From: Phoronis australis
Taxonomy: Eukaryota > Animalia > Phoronida
Assembly (NCBI GenBank): GCA_002633005.1
Contig: NMRA01000381.1
Span: 369,057 to 433,056 of the forward strand
Reading direction: 5' to 3'
Length of the DNA stretch: 64,000 bases
Part shown: positions 1 to 11,110 of the stretch, one piece after another
How the letters are laid out: the number at the start of each line of letters is the position of its first letter
How positions within the stretch are numbered: position 1 is the first letter of the stretch
Position numbers and translations under genes: made by a program
The notes under the pieces: generated by a model
Told to the model about the DNA's origin: nothing
Seen by the model: the letters and a program-made list of their open reading frames with translations, nothing else
The model's database searches: none

Positions 1-107
1 AATCTACACCTACCTGTATACTTTTGCGTACATTTAGTTTTTGAACCATCATGGTGCGCCGCCCATGTACTGATCCTCGGACCACAAACCCAATTTGTGT
101 TACGGTT

Positions 108-1411
108 CAGGGGCGGATCCAGGATTTTGAGTAAGGGGGGTCAGGGCACAGGAATAACCAGAATTTCGACAGATGTGCGCGCCCAGCCTAAGATGTGGGT
201 TTGCAGTTGTCTCGAATTTTTGGGTTTGTGGACCTGTTGACTAAAAAAATACAGTAAACGCAGTGGCGGATCTAGGATGTCACAAGGGGGGGCCCAACAT
301 TTTGTCCGGCTGGAAGCATTTGCGCAAACTGAACCACGATTGTAGATGCGCATAGCACCGAATGGGGGGAGGTCGGGAGGGGGGTTCGCCCCCCCTCCTG
401 CCCAGGAAATTTTTCTGTTTTTACCTCTAAAAATCAAGCATTTTCCTTGATTCCTGAAGTATTATTCAAGAAAAAAAACACAGAGAACGTGTCAAACAGG
501 AAAACTGAACGTACCAAAGACTAGAACTCACGACCTAGCGGTTAGAGAGCGCGTGCGTTACCACTACACCACCACGATTTAACTAGTGATCTCATACTAA
601 AAGACCTACTTGTTTATGGTCCACAACGTTTGCGCGCGAAACCTACTTCTTTTCGTAATGCTTATTACACGTTTTATATTTTGTGCCATGAATTCTTAAC
701 AAATTTGTCGTATTTAAAATAGTCTTCAAATGCCCAAAAGTCCAAATCCGTTTTTCGTGTTGGCAATAATGACGGAATTGCTTTGGAAATCGTCTAAGTT
801 AAGGTTTGACAAAGGGAGTATTGCGAGTTTCTGAGTGATTCACTAAGGCTTCGATTAAAATTCACATCTTACCAGCAGCTTCTGTTTTTTCATCGTCACT
901 CAGGTTCCATTCTCTTTAAAAAATGAAGTAAATTTTCTTCATTGCACAGTGGAGCAGACGACGGGAACGGAGTCGTAGTGCGCAGCGCCACTACCGGTCG
1001 CCTGGGATATCGCGGGAGAGCCTATACTTAGCCATAGTTCCGTTACGAATGCGCCGTGTTCCGAATTTGACACTTGAAATTGGGCTTGAGCCCCCCCCCC
1101 CAAACACTAAAACTGCATACATTTAAATCTTTTTTCATCCGTATAATTTTAATTACCGGGATTAATTAATAAACTCACCATTTCCCTACGCTCTTACTGT
1201 TTTATTTTTTGCGGCAGCCAAGGGGGGGGGGGGGCGGGCCCCCTGGGCCCCCCCTAAATCCGCCTATGAAACGGGGCTTTGTTTAGGGCCTATGCATTGT
1301 TTATTCACCCCCGTGCCCCCTGGTTGCGCGCACGTGATAGTCACCCGAACTCCCAAATGGTATCTGGTAGAATTTTAGGGGGGGCATGGCCCCCCCCTCA
1401 ATCTGCCACTG
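108..1411 (+). mobile_element. Non-autonomous hAT-like MITE (family A, ~290 bp) interrupted by a nested ~1 kb element
   Basis: Termini CAGGGGCGGATCC... and ...ATCTGCCACTG; 5-bp TSD CGGTT at 103-107 and 1412-1416; an uninterrupted inverted copy lies at ~2638-2908. Confidence 0.85.
261..1268 (+). mobile_element. Non-autonomous hAT-like element family B (~1 kb, 5-bp TSD, internal tRNA-like cassette), copy 1
   Basis: Termini CAGTGGCGGATCTAG / CTAAATCCGCCTATG; TSD AAACG at 256-260 and 1269-1273; highly similar copies at 9506-10271, 11249-12224 and 55589-56397. Confidence 0.9.
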
Positions 1412-2477
1412 CGGTTGGATATGAGGGTAAACGGGCAGTTTTAAAAATAACTTTCAACCTCTAAGTATAAAAAACAGAGGCGCTAGTGACAGATATAAAA
1501 TATGAAGGCATGTTTACAAAAAATAAAGACATTGTGCAGAGAATTAGTGAACATTTTCAAGACTTATATAAGCATCAAAAGACAACTAATTTGGTAACGC
1601 AAGTAATATTGGCATTCACAACCTAGACCGGTACAGGAAGTGACTCGAGTAATGGCATTCAGTAAGGTATCAAGATTTTGACAGCATCTCACACTTTCGA
1701 AAAACTTATTCCAGAGACTCCTTGTTGGTGGTGAACGGAATTAAGTCCATATGATGCTGTATCGCCGGAACCTGAAGACACGTAGGAGTTTGTCCCACGT
1801 ATCTCATAGCTTTTAGAGCACATATATCTCTAAGATCAAAATATTGCAGGAGACCTCGACTTATATGTTATATTATAAGTATAGGTATACCTAAAACCTT
1901 CCACCCCAAGGCAGCACTGGACAACCAGTGGAGAGGAATTGAGATAACAACGTCAGAGCACGACTGCATGGTGGTCATTGAACTCACTTTAATGCACGAT
2001 CACCTTTCCAATCTTCCGGCCTTTTTGAACACCACATTAAATGCCATACGAACTCCAGGCGTTCAGGAAATGTGTACATTTTTAGTCCTTTTCCCCAGCC
2101 ACCAGAAACTAGACTACCGGTCGCGTTTCAACTACACATTTTGAAACAGCCCCAAAGGCACTATACCAGGGACTTCGGGACCCCACTTTTTTCAAAAAAC
2201 TCCTTCAAAGAATGACTATAATAAAATAAAGTTTTTCCGTGGCTGGATCACAGTAAAACAAATCTTGACCTTAGAGCGAGCGCAGACGGCCCGTAGGCTT
2301 TCGAGCTGCCCGGTGCCTCGTATTTTTACACTGTTAAAGTGGCTTGGAACGTGAAAAATAGTATAAAATAAGAAAGTAAATGTTACTCATCTTGCATGAA
2401 ACCTGTATCNCCATTCTTACTCTCCGTGATGGTCCACGTTTACTCAACTCTTGACGGCTTCATCCCTGGGATTGTCC

Positions 2478-2908
2478 CAGGGGCGGCATTGAGCTGGAAT
2501 TTTTAGTGGGGGCGGGGCAGGGCACAGCATTAGCCAGGGTTTTACCCGTCAGAAATTTGCCAAACCCCGAACTGCCAAATGAGGAATCTGGGAGAATTTT
2601 AAGAGGGTCATGGCCCCTTGGCCACCCCTGAATCCGCCATGGCCCCCTAAAATTCTACCAGATACCATTTGGCAGTTCGGGTGCAAACATGCGCGCAACC
2701 AGGGGGCTCGGGGGTGAATAAACAAGGCGTAGGCCCTGAACAACAAACGCCGTTTACCTTTTTTTAGCTCAGTGCGGCAAACTGCCAAAAATTCGAGACC
2801 CCTGCATCCCTACATTTTAGGCTGGGCGCGCACATCTGCCGAAATTCTGGTTATTCCTGTGCCCTGCCCCCCCCCTCCCCTTACTCAAAATCCTGGATAA
2901 CGCCCCTG
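2478..2908. mobile_element. Two related hAT-like MITEs fused tail-to-tail (short variant plus inverted family A copy)
   Basis: 2478-2640 resembles the MITE at 30471-30620; 2638-2908 is the reverse complement of 108-260 joined to 1274-1411, i.e. the empty site of the nested insertion. Confidence 0.75.
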
Positions 2909-4542
2909 CCCTCAATGATTTTTGCCTTCCTACGGCCTGAACCTATGCCTCACACGACTCAAGGCCACATCAGTGACGTCAGCCGCGAGCACTGAGTGTG
3001 CTCTTTCATCTTTCGAGGAACGAAAACACTTGTCCTCTAAGAGCCCAAGGTCACTCCTACTCCGATGCCTATGGCTATGTCGTTGGCGTTGTGTCTCAGA
3101 CTAAACTAGTTTATAGTTGTGTTAATCGCGTAGTGTAAGTACAAGGTTAAATTTATAAAATAAGAAATCGAAGAACTGAAAGTAGAAATTCTGTTGGTGA
3201 GGTCATGAATGAATTTAAAAACAGCTGTGAATTAACTTAGGACGAACGGTCGAAGGTAATAAGTGGTACTGGCTAGGCAATGCCAATGACCATCGCCTCT
3301 GTTGCCAACAGAGGCGATGGTCACTGCCTAACTATTCTCATGATAGAGTAGTCTACTCTATGACTATAGGCAATTACATCGCCATGGATGCCGCAGGCAT
3401 ACACCTAACCGTCCAACCGAGGGGCTATGTGTTGTCTAATGGTAATACTGAGATAAAAAAAAATTACGTTCACTGTGACTGACTGAGTCAGTGTCATTCT
3501 CACTTCCAAACTCGGAGCCACTTCGCAGATACTAAACATTGATATAACTTTAAGGGAATTGTAATATTACCACGAAATTAAGTAATGTTTTTTGTTTATT
3601 GTTGCACCAATTCTGATAGTTATAGAGCAGCTGGTTACCTGGATGGCCGAATGAGTCTACCTGACCTAGTTACTAGGCAGTCAGCTAGCTGTATGAAGAC
3701 TATCGTGTATGCAGCTTCAGTTGTAACCTGGTCAGTCCCGGGCCTCTTACGCTGACGTCACAACCAATTTAGAGGGTCTGTGCAGGAGGCTTATAGCGGC
3801 TTTGCACCAAAGGCTAACCTAGTTACGTGACCCGACCTAGATAATCTGTGAAGTTAAATCAAAACAAAAAGTTTACCGGTGAACTTGTAGTGATCGAGAG
3901 TATATGATCATGCACACTACTCTGTTTGTCTGTAAAATAGTTTAAGAGGTATTTAACACTAATAATTTTGATAAATGCTAATCAATGCTAAATGATGACT
4001 GTCTGTTGGGAGACCACTCTAACTCAGCCTGAGTAGTTGGCAAACACAAGCATTTTTGTTATTAATCAGCTATTAAAATTTCATGGAAAATCAATTTAGA
4101 ACCATAATAGACAAGCATTTACTACACTCTGATGACCGTAATTACATAAATAACTTTCTGGGATGAATAACTATTCACAAAATTTTTTATTCGGAGTTGT
4201 AGGTGAGTTAGTGAGAAATATGCAAAATCTCGATTATCTACTATCTACTTTATGAAATATGCACATCATGATGAAGAAAAAAAATCTACCAGGGTAGTAT
4301 ACGTTGGACTTGTCAAATACTAGCAGTCACTCATTAGTGGTGTAGGTTTGATTAGTGATCTGTAACTGGCACACTGATTATACTACGGTACTTATTCCTA
4401 TTTGACTTTTTGAAACTAATCCTGCCCTCACAGACACAGTGATACAATGTGAATATTATCAGTACTAGTCTAACCCTTATCTTTTGACTGAAACAGTTTG
4501 TTGTTGTCTTTACTGTCAGGTGTTGACCCCAGTGTTTGAGAC

Positions 4543-7500
4543 ATGCTTCATGTAACAGCATTACTTGGATGGTTGACTGAGAGGTGGTTGAAAGATGACG
4601 AACCCCTGGAGGGAGTAATCAGGTTCAATTGCTGTGTAAGGACTTTTGTGTACCATTTCATCTAAAAACATTGTTATCATGATTGTCTGATTCTGGGGTC
4701 TCTTCCACATGGAGAAGTGACAGCTGTCTGTTACAATCCTGATCATTGAAATACTATATTTCCTGAGCAACCTGGAAAATGCTAAGTGCCCCAAACAATA
4801 TATCACTGCTGAAAACGCTACAGTATGCATGACCATACCAGTTTTTGTCAACCCGGAGAAATTTTGTGGCACATCCGAACCAAACCCCCAGCCTTTGTGA
4901 GAGCTCCCAGACTTATCCTGACATGACAATCAAGTTAATAGCCTGACCACTCACCTTAATTTGACTGTAACGCAACTATCACAGGGTGATGGTGCTGTTC
5001 TTGATTACTTATTTTTTACAATCAGAAATGCATGTTTTGCTGTCATCAATGAAATTAATGACTTAAACAGTACACACCATGGATTTTTGCACATTTTGAA
5101 TTACCGGTGGCCACAGACTAAATGTATGACGTAAAATTTAGCTAAACCCTTGCTTATTTTGTGTAATTAGCTCGAAATTTTGATTATTCTTTCAATTTTG
5201 CCAATTTTCACATTTCCCGCCATGTGACGTCATGGGTTGAACACAAGAGATCAGTGACTAGCATTGAACAATGGCGGAGACCAGGGAATTTGAAAGTGAC
5301 AATGATTATGAGCAAGAATTGAACGAATACTATGAAGAAACGTATGGGAATGGTGGCCAGGATGAAGAAATGGGGTTGCACGAAAGCGAGAACAAGTTTA
5401 ATGTGCTTCCGGCTGCGTACCTTTCTACTTTGAGCCTTATGAACTGGATCCTCCCACGAGAGAAGCGGCCTCGGGCTCGGCGAGTCAACCCAGTCATCCA
5501 ACAGACGATCCTGAATTAAGAGCTGATGTTTCTGAATGATAAATTATGTCCTTTGTTGAACCAGGCCTTCATCGTAATGTCTCCTGTGACTGGAGTCGAA
5601 AAATGAGTCCTCAAAGTGGGCAGAACACAGAGTGGCCCCGGACCGAATCGCTTGGTCCACGATGACGTCCCACACTCTCATTCGGCGCACGAAGCCATGC
5701 CACTTCTGCGCAACTTTGGTGTCCTTCGGAACACCGAGACGTTTTCCGCCTGGCTGCTGTTGCTGCAACCTCCGGAAACACATCTTTTGATCCCTCTATG
5801 AACCTTCTCGATGCTAATGTACTTTGCTTTCTCTTCACTCTATACACTTTGTCTCTGATTCGAACAGTATGGCGAACGACTTGTGTTCAACTCATGACGT
5901 TGTACATAACTATTAATTTTTTTTCAATTTTTGCGTGTTTCTTTATGAGCTGTGCACTAAAGGCACTGAAATCAAGTAAGATATAATAATAAAATTTATT
6001 TTGAGGTACTAGAGTCATGTTGTGTACACTTTAAGAAATTATTTCTTTCAAGGTGTTACATTTGATAACATTGGGTGTTCCTTTGTTAAAAGATGACCGT
6101 GCAGACATGGAGAGAATAATAAAGTTATGACTTTTGGCCATGCTAACCCGCAGTCCAGTGAGCATGCCAAGAATTGTACGATGACACTTGGCTTACCTCA
6201 AAATTCAACTTCTGCCAGGTGGTTTGGTAATTGGCCGAATTATGTTGCACTCTTAGCAGAATTTATGAAGAACATATTATTGGAACAATGAGCAAATGGT
6301 TTAGGTTGTAAAAGTCACTTTTCTTGTCCAATTTTCAAAATTCAAAAACCTAATCACAAACTTTAAAAATCGAAAATTTAAAAATATTATTGTCCCCCCA
6401 ATCTGTTTATGATGGGTCTCATCATCTAAAGAATAACGACATCAGCAGCTTCAGGCGATGTAATTAAGTACAACAGTGATCTTGTTTGTGAGGTTCTGCG
6501 TTGCGTTAAGGTGTCAACGTAGCATTCTTTTCATGAGATCTATGGAAGCACTTTCAGCTATGTGCATCTCATAATTTGTATGGAAGCACTTTCAGCTATG
6601 TGCATCTCATAATTTGTATGGAAGCACTTTCAGCTATGTGCATCTCATAATTTGTATGGAAGCACTTTCAGCTATGTGCATCTCATAATTTGCATGACTG
6701 TGTTAACCCGGGCCATGAAATATGAGAAGGAAGATGAGAATTTGCAAATAACTAAAGAGAAGAGTCTGAGTACTTTGTCAAAAAATTACACACCCATTTA
6801 TGAGAAAGAAATATTATATAAGGCGATCCAAAAGCTCCTTATTTTATACCTTATTCTGAATTTAGGTTTTTTTACATTTTCCTTAATTTTTCAAATGATG
6901 GAGACTGGAGGATATTATATTATCAGCAATATGGATGAAATTGACCTGACCATACACTGAGCAGCAAGGGATATAAATCATTGAAGTGTACTTTTCCATG
7001 AAACATTGTTTCTGACTTTAAAGACAATACAGGCAACATTCTGGCAAATGCCAAGCACCCAATGTTTGGTGGCCAAATTTCAGTAGACTAGAAATGCAGA
7101 GAAGACCAGTAAAGGTTGTAGCGGCTGATTGTTTTCAGATACAATACACAATAACATTCAGAATGTGGGAATGCCTTGAGAAATGACTGGTAAAAACAGA
7201 TCACTATCTGCCACAAGAAGTTGTCATTTTGCAGTCATCAGTTATGATTTGCATTTTGTCTGGATGTCATTCAAGGGATTGAAAGCAACCCTGACTTGTT
7301 GGATTTGAAAAGGAAAGGGTTTACGACAACAATTCCTGAAGGTGGCTTGAGTTCTGGCTGTAAAATGTCGACTGCTGCGACTTTTTGGTATTTGCTGCAC
7401 TTTTGTTTTCCTGAAAGGTTCAGTTACACCTCTATTAAGTGTGCTGTTCCTGGCGAAATGGCGCCTGAATTGTCTTAGTGTCAGAAACTCTGTTTATGTA

Positions 7501-9211
7501 GAAAAGTAGACCTCAACAGTTTTCATCAGTTGTTACTCTTAGCCAATATATTCTACAATTTGATCCATGTTGATGTCAAAAGAATCTCCAAGACCTGTGT
7601 ACACAACCTGAAAAATCTGGGAGAATGATGTAAAATGTTCATTTTAATCACTTGCCATTTTAAAACTCAATTTTTACCTTGCATAATAAGAGGTGATTCT
7701 TGGACTAGGGAACAACTGACACTTCATTATTGCTTGAGATCAAACTCAATAAGTTGGCTTGTCATGGTGGGTGTTTTTATGCACCGAGCATGGTGTCTGG
7801 CAGTAATGAACCACCCTTTTTAAGCCCAAAAATACCTTCTCATCTCAGCAAGGAGTAAGTTGAGAAATATGAGACGATGCTATGGTATGTTTTATTGTCT
7901 TTTTCAAAATAAAAAATTTAGTTTATTTTGACTAAAGTGGTGCGAGATTTTTTTCTGTGCCTTTTTTACTCAGCTGAAGTGATGCATTGACGCGATATTC
8001 TGTACTGGAGGTCACATTATTGCCTTTCCATGAAAAGAAAGCCTTATTACGTTTCTGATTAATGGTTGTCATTTAAAATAGTTTTTATACGGACCAGTTG
8101 TTTCTCACTACGTCTTCTCAACAGGCTAAAACTGTTAGATTTTTTGGCCAAATTTGCCTGTTTTCACTTTTCCCCAGCCTGTTTCTTCAAGATTATAGGA
8201 CGGGCTCAGACTTTCTTGGAATGGAGCAACAGGGCCCAAAGCTAGGCCGGGTTGGCATGCCTGCCACTACGTAAAAAACTCGGATGACTGCATGATTGCA
8301 TTGATAAGGCTTTTGTATGAAAATATGCGAGCTTATGTTTTTTCAGTTAGTGATGCGCAGTTTCTCAAATATGCGGGCAGAGACCACAAACAAATATCTT
8401 TCTTGGCTTTTTTGTCAATGATTCTCAATTGCAATCTTGAAATTAACAGTAGTTGCACATTAGTCAGGAGCTGTATTTTTATTGTATTCTACTAATTGTT
8501 ATACTAGTTGAGCATATTATCTCTCTCTTGTATTTATAGCACAATACTCAGGAACTGTCTGTGGCAGAGTGTGCTGTAGCAAACCGAGTGTGTGTAGTGC
8601 GAGACTTTTTGTTCAGGCTTGGACTTGTGGGAATCTACAAAGAAGGACCTACAAAGGGAATAGGTTATGGTAATGTCAGCAGTATGCTCAAGAAAAAGGA
8701 AGGCAATGAAAATAATGCATTTGTTATCACGTCCTCACAAACTGGACACATTTCGAAACTCAACCCTGCCAAAGACACTAGTGTGGTGTTTGATTATGAT
8801 TTCCACAGCAATGTGGTTTCTAGAGGTTTATCAAAACCCAGTTCTGAATCAATGACACATGCTGCATTTTACGATGCAAAGCCAACAACAGAAGCTGTCT
8901 TGCACATCCATTCTCAGAAGTGGTGGAACACATTGTTGGCACTAGGCCCAACAGAGATAGCCATAGTAGAGAGACATGTACAGTATGGAACACCAGAACT
9001 GGCTGAAGCTGTGATGAAGTTAGTGCAGGATGGGCCACCATGTGGCCTGATTGTAACAGCAGGGCATGAAGATGGTGTCTTCTTCTATGGGCCGGCCTTA
9101 GATATCACTATCAAATTTCTCGTAGAAACGGGCATGAAAAGGATCCAGGCAATTAATCATGAGGTTATGCAAGATTTGGAAGATGTGTTAAAATCTCTTC
9201 ATGCTTCATAA
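4543..9211 (+). CDS. Class II aldolase/adducin-family metalloenzyme, 2 coding exons (4543-4635, 8540-9211), ~254 aa
   Basis: Exon 1 MLHV...DDEPLEGVIRFNCC ends at TGT|GTAAG (phase 0), with an in-frame stop upstream of the ATG and an acceptor at 4519. Exon 2 follows TATTTATAG at 8539 in phase 0. Motifs GYGNVS, SSESMTHAAFY, AVLHIHS, YGTPELA, GHEDG; AATAAA at 9466. Confidence 0.85.
5067..6085. mobile_element. Internally deleted Kolobok-like DNA transposon inside the aldolase intron
   Basis: TTAA at 5063-5066 and 6086-6089 with degenerate terminal repeats; frameshifted THAP domain on - strand (CVSGGCNN..PKD..KW..LCSAHF, ~5540-5790) converging on an acidic + strand ORF with a frameshifted PFYFEP motif (5271-5450), the KolX-like arrangement. 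Confidence 0.55.
6541..6692. repeat. Minisatellite, 4 identical copies of a 38-bp unit
   Basis: TATGGAAGCACTTTCAGCTATGTGCATCTCATAATTTG x4 with no spacers. Confidence 0.95.
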
Positions 9212-9505
9212 CTGGGAATTGCTTACTACTGGTTAAAAGTGATCACTTACAGGAGTGTTAATGAATTGTTTCTGTACATTATTGCTCTACCAAATATTTA
9301 ATTATATGCCTACCTATTCAATCTGCTAAAGGCCAGTACAAATCATGTGTTTCTTTTTATCCTTGGAGCTTCACTTGTGTGTTGTGAAGTTTTATTTAAC
9401 GTGACCTTGACATGATAACCAAAGATTTTTTGTGTCAATGTCATAATGGTTTATATTGTTCTGTTAATAAATATATGGAATATCGATTGCTGTAAGATCC
9501 AAGAT

Positions 9506-10271
9506 CCAATTTCAAGTGTTGAAATTCGGAACACGGCGCAATCGTAACAGAACAATGGCTAAGTATAGGCTCTCCCGCGACATCCCAGGCGACCGGCAGT
9601 GGCGCTGGGCACTACAACTGCGTTTCCGTCGTCTGCTCCACTGTGCAATGAAGAAAATAAATTGCTTCATTTTTTAAAGAAAATGGAATCTGAGTGATGA
9701 TGAAAAAACAGAAGCTGCTGGTAAGATGTCAATTTTAATCGAAGCCTTAGTGAATCACTCAGAAACTCATAATTCTCTCTTTGTCACACCTTAACTTGAG
9801 ACGATTTTCAAAGCAATCGAGTCATTTTTGCCAACCAAGAAAACGGATTTGGTCTTTTGTTTTAAATACAACAAATTTATTACGAACTGATTCACAAAAT
9901 ATAAAACGTGTAATAAGCATTACAAAAAGAAGTAGGTTTCGCGCGCAAACGTTGTGGACCATAACCAAGTAGGTCTCTTAGATCAATCGCGTTGGTGCAG
10001 TGGTTAAGCACGCTCTCTGACCGCCAGGTCGTGAGTTCGAGTCTGTGGTACAAGCAGTTGTTCTTGTTTGACACTTTCTCCGCGTTTTTTTCTTGGATAA
10101 TACTTCGGGAATCAAGGAAAATGCTTGATTTTTTGAGGAAAAAACAGAAAAATTTCCCCCTCCCGACCTCCCCCCGTTCGGTGCTATGCGCATCTACAAT
10201 CGTGCTGGGAGCAAAATGTTAACAGACAAAATATTGCCCCCCCCCCTTGTGATATCCTAGATCCGCCACTG
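9506..10271 (-). mobile_element. Family B element copy 2 (inverted, truncated)
   Basis: Reverse complement of ~261-1083, ending in ...ATCCGCCACTG; the other terminus is missing. Confidence 0.85.
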
Positions 10272-10284
10272 AGTGGTGACAACA

Positions 10285-11064
10285 TTTCTAATGTATGGTG
10301 CTGAGGTTTGGGGATTTCAGCAGCACAGCTCCATAGAAAGCATACAAGTTCTATTTTGTAAATACATATTGAGAGTTGGCTCAAAAACTACCAATGCCGC
10401 TGTGCTGGGCGAACTGGGTCGGTATCCTTTGTATGGCAAGTACTTTATAAGATGCGTAAAATATTGGTTACAACTACAAGAAATGCCAGAATATAAATAT
10501 CCCAGAAAATGCTATAACAAACTGAATTCATTAGCCAAGATGACAGTGATAAGAAAACCCGAGCCACTTGTATTAAACATTTACTACAGGGTTATGGTTT
10601 TGGCTTTGTTTGGGTACAACGACATGTTGGCAATATTGGTGCATTTTTTAAAATATTTACGCAGAGTGTTAAGAACTGCGCCTTCCAGGAATGGGATCGT
10701 TAAGTTCGAAATAGTTGTAAACTTGTACTTTTTGCTGTGTTAGATAAGTACTTAAATGTTGCTCCATATCTGAAAGTGGTGAGATTCGCAGGTATATAAC
10801 TAACAGACAATATTTTGTTCTCATACTCATGAAATCGAGTTGGCGCGAGGAAGAGTAGATAGAGAACTAAGGCTGTGCAAACATTTCAAGAGATTCAATT
10901 TGTATGAAATTGAAGACGAATTTCACTTCTTAACAGGATGCTTTCTGTATGATCACTTGAGGATCCAATTTATTCCACAACTGTCACAATGCGACACCAC
11001 ATCATTTTTAAGTTACATGAATAACGTTTCAAGTTCCTACTTGCTTAATCTGTTCAACATCTAA
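10285..11064 (+). mobile_element. Non-LTR retrotransposon ORF2 3' fragment (RTEX/CR1-group-like), frameshifted
   Basis: LMYGAEVWG..FCKYILRV..NAAVLGELGRYPL..CVKYWL followed by the CCHC-type region RLC...IEDEFHFL..C..Y..LR. Confidence 0.8.
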
Positions 11065-11110
11065 ATACGGAACGGTCACGCATAGTGCGCCAGTGTCAGC
11101 TTCAACGGAT

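Noticed and set aside
141-437. Recurrent ORFs such as MIFRGKNR... (also 11111-11419 and 55690-55998)
   Set aside because: Chance ORFs within copies of the same non-coding MITE; frames are not preserved between copies.
4561-4929. 122-aa minus-strand ORF
   Set aside because: No recognisable domain; it is antisense to the aldolase exon 1 and intron.
6541-6692. CRISPR-like 38-bp repeats (also the 40-bp repeats at 49859-50176 and 34-bp repeats at 38692-38796)
   Set aside because: Units are contiguous with no unique spacers, there are no cas genes, and they lie in eukaryotic introns; these are minisatellites.
8540-9211. Bacterial contaminant or chimeric contig
   Set aside because: The region has a spliceosomal acceptor, an upstream exon and a polyA signal, and is flanked by repeats shared with the rest of the window.
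9985-10055. Functional tRNA gene
   Set aside because: A and B boxes are present but acceptor and anticodon stems do not pair consistently, and it lies inside a repeated transposon.
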